A stretch of DNA of 64,000 nt from Convolutriloba macropyga (Eukaryota). How positions within the stretch are numbered: position 1 is the first letter of the stretch; each line of letters starts with the position of its first letter. The position numbers and the translations under genes are program-made. Location: the NCBI RefSeq assembly GCF_964194025.1, contig NC_134475.1:44144001-44208000 (forward strand), read 5' to 3'. Below the pieces are notes generated by a model. It was not told the DNA's origin. It worked only from the letters and a program-made list of their open reading frames with translations, and did not search any database. Below, in pieces: positions 1 through 8,577 of this stretch.

Positions 1-85
1 GCGGGTCTGGCAGCGACGGGCGGGGCGCGAGCGGATCCGGCGGCGACGGGCGGGCATCTGCTCAAGCATCAGCATTTAGTCCTCA
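1..85 (+). promoter_or_regulatory. GC-rich 30-bp tandem repeat with GGGCGG boxes, then an Inr-like TTAGTC; candidate viral promoter or subterminal repeat
   Basis: gcgggtctggcagcgacgggcgggg (1-25) and gcggatccggcggcgacgggcgggc (31-55); TTAGTC at ~77, upstream of the ATG at 150. Confidence 0.35.
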
Positions 86-149
86 GGAATCCATATCAGA
101 AGGTTACAGCTTTTCTAGATTCAGACAACCGTTACAAGATATTAGTAAT

Positions 150-506
150 ATGGAAAACCATGAAATCGGAGGATCCCAGAATCCTCATCGTGTGGGGCCG
201 CAGAGGCAACTGACAACAGCTCCAACATATCAACGGAGTTTTGGATTTGATCCAAGCTACTCCCGAGCTAGATTGTTATTGGATGAAAACTTTTGGAGTC
301 CTCTGTTAGAGGCTATGTCGGACAGTTTACATGGCAGCATTAACGAGGATGAGCATGAGACCGACGCGCATGATGGTGAAGCTGATTCGAGCGGCGAGGC
401 TGGTGATGAGGAAATTAACGATTCAGTTTTTGAAGACGGCATTAGGCACTATCCATTTAATGCTGGAACTAGTGCTAGACGCGAAAGACTCAACGCTGAG
501 AGTTGA
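150..506 (+). CDS. Small acidic hypothetical protein (element-associated)
   Basis: 118-aa ATG-initiated ORF with a D/E-rich C-terminal half; AATAAA at ~562. Confidence 0.45.
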   Translation: MENHEIGGSQNPHRVGPQRQLTTAPTYQRSFGFDPSYSRARLLLDENFWSPLLEAMSDSLHGSINEDEHETDAHDGEADSSGEAGDEEINDSVFEDGIRHYPFNAGTSARRERLNAES

Positions 507-581
507 ACTCTTTTTTGTAAAACTATGTACCTATTATTAGTATTTGACGTGTTTGTTATTTAATAAACAACTTTTTACACC

Positions 582-1226
582 ATGTTAGATCATTTAACAG
601 AAATGAGTAACAGTAAAAAGCAGCGTGTGGAGCTGCCCTTAGGAGAAGTAACGACTGAGAAGAAATTTGAGTTAAAGTCAATACGCAGCGCCGAGCTTCA
701 GGGTGATACGTTTAATTGCAGTAAAGTTCCTCATAATCAGATCTTGTTCCTTGCTCAGTACTTTGTTGTAGTTCTGTTAATAATTTTTTGTCTCGTACAA
801 TTGGCTTTAAAGAACAGTTCACTCGAAAAGTCAATTTTGACCTGCGCCGAAAACACTACATACTTTACAATTTTGAGTACAACAATTGGATACATCCTTC
901 CGGCGCCTAGGCCCAATTCAGGAAATAATGTGACACAAACTGTGGAGGTGACAAACTTAGACGAGACTGATAACGCTATTGAAAATATTTCCTCACCCGA
1001 TTTCAAGTTCAACCCTGAAACCGAAAGTAGATCCCAATCAGTTTGGCGTTTTGTGTGCTGTATAACGCGAAGATCCAATTTGTTGTTCTTGAGTCAAATA
1101 GCTTTCGTACTGATAATGTCTGTAGTTTGCGTGCTGCAGTTATCTTTGAGAGAACCCAACTGTGAGGAAAAAACTGCCTATTTCACAATACTCATCACTT
1201 TCCTTCTACCTCCGATGCAAAATTAA
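582..1226 (+). CDS. Membrane protein made of two tandem copies of a Polinton-type 2-TM module
   Basis: ILFLAQYFVVVLLIIFCLVQLAL...YFTILSTTIGYILPAP is repeated as LLFLSQIAFVLIMSVVCVLQLSL...YFTILITFLLPP. Confidence 0.7.
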   Translation: MLDHLTEMSNSKKQRVELPLGEVTTEKKFELKSIRSAELQGDTFNCSKVPHNQILFLAQYFVVVLLIIFCLVQLALKNSSLEKSILTCAENTTYFTILSTTIGYILPAPRPNSGNNVTQTVEVTNLDETDNAIENISSPDFKFNPETESRSQSVWRFVCCITRRSNLLFLSQIAFVLIMSVVCVLQLSLREPNCEEKTAYFTILITFLLPPMQN

Positions 1227-1252
1227 CGGTGCTGTGTTGGATAAAAGTTGAC

Positions 1253-2144
1253 ATGAACAAAATTATTCCAACATCAGAGCGAATATTTATGTGTGTATGT
1301 GGATCATCTGAGTCGGGTAAAAGTTTTTTAATATACAAGATGTTCCGCGAACCGGTCGCAACAAGTGGTATTTTCCAGCCTCCTTTCTATCAAGTTTTTG
1401 TTTTTTACCGGTTTTGGCAGTCAGTTTATGATCAGATGGCTGCTGAGTGCTCCCCACACTTCAATTTTCACTGCATTTCATCACTGATTACAGAGGGTGT
1501 CGAACGTTCATCCAATGGTATTGACGATTGGTTGAACAAGTTTGTGGAAAACTTTGAACCAGTTACCGGTCAGAGCACACTACTACTGTTTGATGATTCA
1601 TGTGAAGAAGTTTTAGAGAGCAAGGCGTTTGAGAACCTTGCGACAGCCGGTCGTCACAAAAAACTCCATGTGATTTTCATTAAACACAATCTCTATCAAA
1701 AAGGAAAATATTCAGTGACTATTGACAAGAATACCACGCATATCATACTTACGCAGTCTCCCAGAATTGGCAGGCAACTGAAAATTTTGGGAACTGAAAT
1801 TGAATGTGCCCCTTCTAATTTCATCCACTTGCTACCAGTTATCGATGTCAAAACAACAATATGGTCATTTTCTGGTAGATTTAACAACGCAGTGTCCTGA
1901 CGAACTTCGTTTTTGCACCAACATAACAAGTCAGTGTATTGGCAGTCTCTCTACTGGGCAGTTGAATATCTCGATCAAAAACAACAAAGTGGTAAACGGA
2001 AGCCAATTGTCCTGTACAACGTTTTTTAGACCTGCAGTGAAGAGTGGCAGATTGTCAGTTGATTGCATCGATTCACCAGAACTAAGTGAAAAGCATTCAA
2101 TTCTTTTTTCTAATTTTTTGAAACGCTTGCAGAACGGCTATTGA
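1253..2144 (+). pseudogene. A32/FtsK-HerA-like DNA packaging ATPase, frameshifted near 1825
   Basis: Walker A GSSESGKS, Walker B LLLFDD and GRH motif lie in ORF 1229-1900. The expected C-terminus (YGHFLVDL..PDELRFCTNI) continues in the +1 frame (ORF 1800-2144). Confidence 0.88.
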
Positions 2145-2168
2145 TTTTCTGAAGGCTGTTGCAACTCA

Positions 2169-2759
2169 ATGTTTCCTGCTCAATCGCGAAGAACAACCGA
2201 CAAACCAACACAATTTATCCTGCTGCCCATATCTTCAATTGAATCCGAAGATAAAAATGTTGGTAATTTTTCAGCAAAAAGTAACTTAAAAAACACAATA
2301 TCCTCGCAAACAGAAATTAACAATGATGAGAATTCTTGTTCTAGTATTCCCGGCCCATCGGATAAAAGACCTCAGGGTGAAGAGCCAAAAAAAACTTTGA
2401 TTCAAGCTACAAACCCAGCTCCATATTCAAACACTAAAAGCAAGAAAAAGTCAACGGTGAACCTCCCACGGGAAAAAAGCCGTCGAAGAAAAATTCAAGT
2501 TCTGCTTTCCCTGCTGCAAGATTGCAGGAACTTGCGTATAAACTTGGCAAAAAAGTCTATTAGGCTTTCTTCTGGTCGTGCTGAAGTCTCCCTGGTAAAT
2601 TTGTTAAGAAAACTATCCAGTCCCAAGTCGGACTTTGACAAAAGTCTGAAGCCATTTGTCGAAGCTCTGCTACAAGACTACTCGAAAGAACAACTTTCAA
2701 ATCTTTTTCTAAACCCATCTGCGATAACATTTTTGAACACTAAAGACAGTTCGCTATAA
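2169..2759 (+). CDS. Basic hypothetical protein resembling the ORF that commonly precedes Maverick integrases
   Basis: 196 aa; C-terminal LVNLL...FVEAL...LFLNP pattern; its stop overlaps the integrase start (TAATG, 2757-2761). Confidence 0.6.
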   Translation: MFPAQSRRTTDKPTQFILLPISSIESEDKNVGNFSAKSNLKNTISSQTEINNDENSCSSIPGPSDKRPQGEEPKKTLIQATNPAPYSNTKSKKKSTVNLPREKSRRRKIQVLLSLLQDCRNLRINLAKKSIRLSSGRAEVSLVNLLRKLSSPKSDFDKSLKPFVEALLQDYSKEQLSNLFLNPSAITFLNTKDSSL

Positions 2760-3811
2760 TGAGTTCCCTGCTGACTGAAAACGAATATCGAAGGCTCAAA
2801 GGTATTTACACCTCGCTTGATTCAGTTGCCGCTTTTAGCGGGGTGAATGACTTAGTTAGAGAAAGCGGTTTATCAGTGAAACAAGTCAAAGAATTTCTTC
2901 AGTCATCGAAAACTTACACAAAGTTCCGTCCCAATCGAAAACGTTTCAAAAGATTGCGTGTTCACAGTTTGGGGATAAATCATGTCTGGTCGGTCGATTT
3001 GGCTCATATGGATAAACTTGCCGCCGAGAACGATGGTTACCAGTACCTGTTAGTTTGTGTTGACACTTTTTCTCGGTTTTTGCGGGTTCAGCCCATGAAG
3101 GACAAGCAATCTGAAACTGCTTTGGTAGCACTCAAAAAAATGCTTCCGAAAGCACGTGCTGATTACCCCTTAAAAATTTGGGTTGATCAGGGCAAAGAGT
3201 TTTGCGGTGCTTTTAAAAATTTTTGTCTGCAGAATGATATTGTTTTGTATAACACTTTCAATGATTCAAAAAGTGCCATTGCCGAACGATACATAAGAAC
3301 AATAAAGTCAAAGCTTTATAAATATTTCAATGAACGTGAGACAACCAGATATATTGGTCAGCTACAGAAACTCGTCAAAATGTTAAACTCCAGAAGCCAC
3401 CCAATTTTAGGCATGGCTCCAAAGAACGTGCAGCCGGAGCACACAGTTGATTTGTTGAAGAAGAATGTCCCAGACATGCTAAGAAAATGGAGGCCAAGAA
3501 AAACATCTAGAAAATTTAGCAAAAAAAAGCCAAAGTTCAAAAAAGGTCAAACTGTTCGAATATCGCGCATCAGCAAATCAGCTTTTGACAAAGGTTATAC
3601 TCAAAATTTCACCGATGAAATCTTCAAAGTTGCTTCTGTTTCTAGACCCCTTCGCAACGACAACAAAAAAGACACCCGCCCCATCACCTACAGCTTAGTG
3701 GATGGAGCGGGTGAAAAAATTATTGGCAGGTTTTATGAACCGGAACTGGTTGCCTACAGATATGAAGAAGATCGGCATAGAGCCAGGCATCAAACAACAT
3801 CCGTTTTCTGA
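2759..3811 (+). CDS. Retroviral-like (rve/c-integrase) DDE integrase of Polinton type
   Basis: WSVDL, LVCVDTFSRF, WVDQGKEF, AIAERYIRTIK, FDKGYTQNFTDEIF and GRFYEPEL motifs; intact 350-aa frame. Confidence 0.95.
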   Translation: MSSLLTENEYRRLKGIYTSLDSVAAFSGVNDLVRESGLSVKQVKEFLQSSKTYTKFRPNRKRFKRLRVHSLGINHVWSVDLAHMDKLAAENDGYQYLLVCVDTFSRFLRVQPMKDKQSETALVALKKMLPKARADYPLKIWVDQGKEFCGAFKNFCLQNDIVLYNTFNDSKSAIAERYIRTIKSKLYKYFNERETTRYIGQLQKLVKMLNSRSHPILGMAPKNVQPEHTVDLLKKNVPDMLRKWRPRKTSRKFSKKKPKFKKGQTVRISRISKSAFDKGYTQNFTDEIFKVASVSRPLRNDNKKDTRPITYSLVDGAGEKIIGRFYEPELVAYRYEEDRHRARHQTTSVF

Positions 3812-3896
3812 CAGGAAATCATTTTCACTTTTCTGTTCTTGTTGTTTAGTTGTGTGTGTTTTGACAAAAAATTCATTGAAGCATTTTTGTCAGGCG

Positions 3897-4412
3897 ATGG
3901 ACATTAATCATCACATTAATCGCATAAAAACTAACAAACAGGCAATTGGGTCCAGTTCGCGGCAGTATGGAAGCGGTATTGGCTCTGCCATAAGAGTTGG
4001 GTTGAAGAGTTTTGTCATTCCCTTGGCAAAACGTTATGGCATACCTTTAGCTAAGAATTTCATATCGTCAGCTGCTCCTGAGGTGTTGGACATTTTTGAG
4101 GGAAAGAAAAAACCCAAACAGGCATTCAAAAAGGCGATAAAAATTACTGTTAGAAAGCAATTGGGTTCGGGGAGGAGTAAACGTGTACAATTCAGGCAGC
4201 GTAATATCAAAGCTAAAAGCAGAAAAAAGAGGAGAAAAAAATCTAGACAGATGGGTAGGCCTTACAAGAGGAAAATCAAACGCAAGAGAAGAACACCACG
4301 TTATAGTACAAAAAGTACAAGAAAACCACAATCCAAGAAAGCGTCTAGAAAATCAGTCGGACGAACTCGGAGAGACTTTTTCTCATCAATTGTCGACTCC
4401 GCCTCAAAGTAA
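3897..4412 (+). CDS. Basic virion core / membrane-lytic-type protein (adenovirus pVII/pX-like role inferred)
   Basis: Likely start ATG at 3897; QYGSGIG, an amphipathic segment, QLGSG, then a very K/R-rich tail; lies directly upstream of the capsid gene. Confidence 0.75.
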   Translation: MDINHHINRIKTNKQAIGSSSRQYGSGIGSAIRVGLKSFVIPLAKRYGIPLAKNFISSAAPEVLDIFEGKKKPKQAFKKAIKITVRKQLGSGRSKRVQFRQRNIKAKSRKKRRKKSRQMGRPYKRKIKRKRRTPRYSTKSTRKPQSKKASRKSVGRTRRDFFSSIVDSASK

Positions 4413-4443
4413 AATTCACTCAGAACGTAAACTAATTGCGATA

Positions 4444-5787
4444 ATGTCCAATTTGTTCACCGATCCCCCAATATCATCAACTCATTCAGATTTGGAAGTT
4501 TTTTCAACCAGTCATGTATTAGTAGATTTTCAACGCTCCTTTGATGAACAGATCTTTCCACCGACAGATAGCAATGCTCCAGTCCTCGGGTTTGAGTTCC
4601 AGGGTGCGCGTACTGAACTGGGAGGCACAGTCATTGACACTAGGAACATTTATATGAGCTTAGAGTTGTCGCTGGAGAAAATAACTTCCGGTAAAGATAC
4701 AGCTGCAACTATAAGGCCCTATTTTATAAACAACATCGCTCACAGTCTCTGGCAGAACGTCGAAGTATTTGTTGCTGGTACCCAAGTTACCAATGCTAAC
4801 AACTTGTATCCTTTCAAAAGTATTGTTGAAGCTGATTTGTCTTTCGAACCCTCCGCAAAAACAGGAATTCTGGCTTGTCAGGGTTACTCTTACGAACCCG
4901 ACCCCACAGTTTTCAACAAAAAAGAAGAAGACCTACCCATAAAAAGTGGTTTCAATAATCGGCGGGATATTGTCGATGCAAGTAGGCCCTGGAAACATTG
5001 GTTCACTCTCAATGACAGTTTTTTGGCTGGAATTGACAAATACATCCTTCCAGGTTTCCCATTACGAATACGACTGACACGCTCAACAGATCCATTCCTT
5101 CTTCTGCAGCCAGAAGGAGCAGTTGACGCAAAGAACTATACAATTAAGGTTCTTTCTGCCTCGCTTTTTGTTCACATGCTCGAGTTACGAACTGAAACCT
5201 TTTTATCAATTGAACGAGCCCTGAGCAAGAAAGCAGCGCAATACGATTGGCGAGAGGATGTTATGGTTTCATTTGTGATTACTTCTGGAACAAGCATTTA
5301 TTTCCGGGACAACATTTTCAATCGAGCTCCTGTAAGTCATCTTATAATGCTGATGGTTCCAGAGAAAAGTTTTACCGGCAGCTACCATACAAACCCTTTT
5401 CATTTCTCTGATTTTGCTTTGGACACCATTTCAGTTACTCGTGAAGGTCAAACGGTTGGCAACACCCCTTTAGAAGTCAGAACAAGTAATGCAAGGGTTT
5501 ATCCGAACACTCTCCGGTCATTAAACATGACTCATTCAGGCAATGGTATAATTTTGGACGAGTTTGATGATCACTTCACCCCTGTTTTCCGACTGACAGC
5601 AGACCTTAGTATTGATGATAACACAATCAGACCAGAGCTGACCGGTGCCAGACTGGCCATTGAATTAAAATTTCAAAAAGCAGTACCTAACCCAATTCGT
5701 CTGATCCTGTTTGGAGTGCGTCGCTCTGTTGCATTTGCTGATTGCAATAGAGAGGTAGTGAAGAACTCTTCTATATACAATGGTTGA
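4444..5787 (+). CDS. Major capsid protein (double jelly-roll, Polinton/adintovirus hexon-like)
   Basis: 447 aa from ATG 4444; SDLEVFS, INNIAHSLWQNVEV, YPFKS, IDKYILPG, LRIRLTR and GSYHTNPFHF motifs match Maverick capsid proteins. Confidence 0.88.
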   Translation: MSNLFTDPPISSTHSDLEVFSTSHVLVDFQRSFDEQIFPPTDSNAPVLGFEFQGARTELGGTVIDTRNIYMSLELSLEKITSGKDTAATIRPYFINNIAHSLWQNVEVFVAGTQVTNANNLYPFKSIVEADLSFEPSAKTGILACQGYSYEPDPTVFNKKEEDLPIKSGFNNRRDIVDASRPWKHWFTLNDSFLAGIDKYILPGFPLRIRLTRSTDPFLLLQPEGAVDAKNYTIKVLSASLFVHMLELRTETFLSIERALSKKAAQYDWREDVMVSFVITSGTSIYFRDNIFNRAPVSHLIMLMVPEKSFTGSYHTNPFHFSDFALDTISVTREGQTVGNTPLEVRTSNARVYPNTLRSLNMTHSGNGIILDEFDDHFTPVFRLTADLSIDDNTIRPELTGARLAIELKFQKAVPNPIRLILFGVRRSVAFADCNREVVKNSSIYNG

Positions 5788-6256
5788 CAACTTCACTCTG
5801 AGTCGTCTCATTTCAAAGGATCCCGAACTGTCCTATCGATTTCTGGGCTGTTTCGCTGCCGACAATTTTCCCTATGATTTGTCCGACGAGACTTTTTTCA
5901 TTCTGAACACAGCTCCAAGAAACTCACCTGGTGAACATTGGTTGATGGTCACCAAGAAACAACAAACTATATATTTTTATGATAGTTTTGGAAGAAAAGC
6001 TGAACTTGAATTCGCTGATATCATAAACAAAATCCGAAAGTCGAAATGCCGTGTATTTTTGCAAATCTATCCATCTCGGGGCTTTGAACAACCGCTAACG
6101 AGTTCAGCATGTTCGCTCTACTGTCTATTTGTTGCTCATTTTTTATTCAAAAATAATCATAATTTCCCTCGTTGGGCTACAGAGGAAGACATATTACAGT
6201 TTGCTGCATCTAATTTTAATATCAAACATCGGTTATTGAAATTAATACATTCATAA
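5780..6256 (+). CDS. Adenain-like cysteine maturation protease
   Basis: FLGCFAAD, LNT..PGEHW (His), YFYDSFG (Asp) and Q...SSACSLYC (Gln/Cys); 8-nt overlap with the capsid gene. Confidence 0.93.
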   Translation: MVDNFTLSRLISKDPELSYRFLGCFAADNFPYDLSDETFFILNTAPRNSPGEHWLMVTKKQQTIYFYDSFGRKAELEFADIINKIRKSKCRVFLQIYPSRGFEQPLTSSACSLYCLFVAHFLFKNNHNFPRWATEEDILQFAASNFNIKHRLLKLIHS

Positions 6257-6379
6257 ATTATTAAAAACTTGTTTTGTTGCTAAGAGTAGATCGTAGCATT
6301 AAACGTCTCAAACGTACGCATATACATAAATATGTGGGCATCTTAAATATGATGTAACATATATTTTTGTATATGTACA

Positions 6380-6420
6380 TATAAATATATATATATATAT
6401 ATATTAATATTTATGTATAA

Positions 6421-6456
<36 letters not shown>

Positions 6457-6459
6457 GTG
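6380..6459. repeat. (TA)n and (TG)n microsatellites
   Basis: Directly visible. Confidence 0.95.
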
Positions 6460-6517
6460 CACTTGGATTACTATCGAATTTCAAAAACGCATAGCACTCC
6501 GTCTTTGTCAATCTTTG

Positions 6518-7561
6518 ATGCATAAAATATCATGGTATGAACAAAAAACAGAACAGCAGCTCGCAGTCGGTAGCATATTTCGACAATTGCTTGATCTTTG
6601 CCAGACGTTAAGGTCATTAACATTAGGCAACAACGGAGCCATTCCAGCAAATGATGCCGAGGCCATAGTCCGCCAGCTGCGTCGTCTAGCGGACGAGATT
6701 GAGGAAACGGGGGCTGTGGCCGATAGAACAGTTCAGGATGTCCGCCTTGCTCACCTGCAGCGAACTGCACCCTCGCATAGCGTTCAGCCATTGATCGTCC
6801 GAGCGGCTCATGAGACGAACAGATCAACTGTGAGCCCTTCTCTGCCGTCCTTTATCTCCCAAGATCAATCAGACAATCTTGGCCTTGAAAGTCCTAGCGA
6901 GGCCAAATTTTCAGTGAGAACGGCCGACCCTCTGATAATTGATACTGCGAACACTTTGGACGTAGGCCAAAGCACTCCGAGCCGATCTCCTCAGCAAGTG
7001 GAATTAGTTTCCAATGCAAGCCGCCAGCCTCCTCGTCAATTACAAAGAGTAAATCAGTTGTTGTATTTTTGGCAAACACTAAAAGACATCTTTCCTGTAA
7101 ACAGGTTTTGTGACTTTTTTTAGCTGGACGTAATACGTACCAAACTGAATAGGACAGTTCGTCGGAGGATCAATGTTAGAATTGTTGAGACAGGAGAACG
7201 GCTGAACGATCCTCACCCGAATTTACACGACCTGACCGCTATTTAGTTAGCCCAGGCGTTTCAGACCATAAACTTCAGAGGAAATGTCGGAGCTTTCCGG
7301 AATACAAAGAAGATCGGTGTACTGGTCGAAGCGCTTAGGGCCAAGTGTTCGACAACTACAGAGTTTCGGGAGCTCACACAAGTTCATCTGACAGGTTTTG
7401 CTTGCAGGCGGCGGATACAGCAGATGAGCCGGACGCTCAGAGTTCTACTGGAGTATCCACTACTTTTGACAATTGAGTATGAGTGGACTCCAGGGACAAT
7501 CTGGGACAATATTCCGCTCATTGAGCTGGTCTGCCAAAAAACTCGCAATTCTTGCAGATGA
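6518..7561 (+). pseudogene. Orphan two-exon ORF (6518-7048, 7124-7561) with an internal TAG at 7244
   Basis: A 75-nt GTAAAT...TTTTTTAG phase-0 intron removes the stop at 7121-7123. The same frame then continues ~145 codons to TGA at 7559 with one in-frame TAG. Confidence 0.5.
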
Positions 7562-7593
7562 ACGAGCTTCCAGATAGTTTATAACTGTTTAGA

Positions 7594-7787
7594 GCCGCCT
7601 ATGGCGGAAGAAGAGCCACTGTGCTCAACTATATACACAGCATTTTAGAAACGGTTTAACATTGTAATTTATTTATGCCTCGAGAAGAGGAAGGAGAGCC
7701 ATGAGCTCATATTTTGTAACATGTGATATGTAATTGTCTTTTCATAATATAAAAGCCTCGTAAGGAGGAAGAAGAGCCAATGTGCTC
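7594..7787. repeat. Three regularly spaced 32-33-nt double-hairpin repeats with unique AT-rich spacers
   Basis: Units at 7594-7626, 7677-7708 and 7755-7787; spacers of 50 and 46 nt. Confidence 0.85.
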
Positions 7788-7898
7788 TATTTTTTCTTAT
7801 AAACGTTTTTCAAATTTCTCAATATTTTTTAGACCGATTTCAACAAGTAATCTCTGCAGCATCGGTTCGCGATTAGTAATTTATTTTTCAGAGTTGTT

Positions 7899-8480
7899 AT
7901 GATAAACATTTTAATCATCGGAGCGTCCAACATTAACCCCAATTTCGAAATTTGTAAATGCCCAGTTTTTTGCCAAAATTCTTACCATATCCACTGCCAA
8001 TCACAAGGAGTTAATCTTAAAATTTCCAGTGCTCCGGGGGCACGATTCAACCACACAATAAAAAATCCATCTAACTTAATTGCGGAAGCTTTGTCCCCTA
8101 ATTTTTATCCTGATTTCATTATAATCTATTCTGATATTGCCCTTAATTCTTTTGAGCAACATAATAATTACGAAGGATGCAGTGTGACTTTTTGTAAGAA
8201 TGAATTGTTAAGATTAACTTATATTTACAAGACCGTTAAATTTTTAGTTCACCTCAGTCAACCCCGTTCGACGACTCCAAACAATTTTAATTGGGATTTT
8301 AATTGGCAAATTTACCACAAGGCCAAATTCATACCGAACCTCCATCAAAAATTCATTAAAAACTCCCTATCCCAAAATAAACCCTCAAAAAAATTCCATA
8401 ATGTATTATTTCTCCATCTTACCCCCGAGGCAGTTGCCAAAAATTTACAAAACCTTATCAACACTGCAGTCAGGATTTAA
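7899..8480 (+). CDS. SGNH/GDSL hydrolase-fold protein (esterase/lipase-like)
   Basis: Block I ILIIGASN, block II SAPGARF, block III PDFIIIYSDIALNS and a block V-like LFLHLT, in canonical order over 193 aa. Confidence 0.65.
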   Translation: MINILIIGASNINPNFEICKCPVFCQNSYHIHCQSQGVNLKISSAPGARFNHTIKNPSNLIAEALSPNFYPDFIIIYSDIALNSFEQHNNYEGCSVTFCKNELLRLTYIYKTVKFLVHLSQPRSTTPNNFNWDFNWQIYHKAKFIPNLHQKFIKNSLSQNKPSKKFHNVLFLHLTPEAVAKNLQNLINTAVRI

Positions 8481-8577
8481 TTGGTAAGTTGCATTCATTA
8501 ATAGAGCACAGTCATCTAGTTGTTTATTCAGTCATTTCCATATAAGGTTTGGAATATGTACTCTGATTCTTATTCAT

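Noticed and set aside
3702-4443. N-terminal extensions of ORFs 3702-4412 and 4183-5787
   Set aside because: They overlap neighbouring genes; family-like sequence begins at ATG 3897 and ATG 4444.
6413-6517. CVCVCV N-terminus of ORF 6413-7123
   Set aside because: Translation of a (TG)n microsatellite; ATG 6518 is the more plausible start.
7594-7787. Calling the repeat-spacer array a CRISPR
   Set aside because: Eukaryotic context, no cas genes, only three units, and the repeats are conserved in structure rather than sequence.
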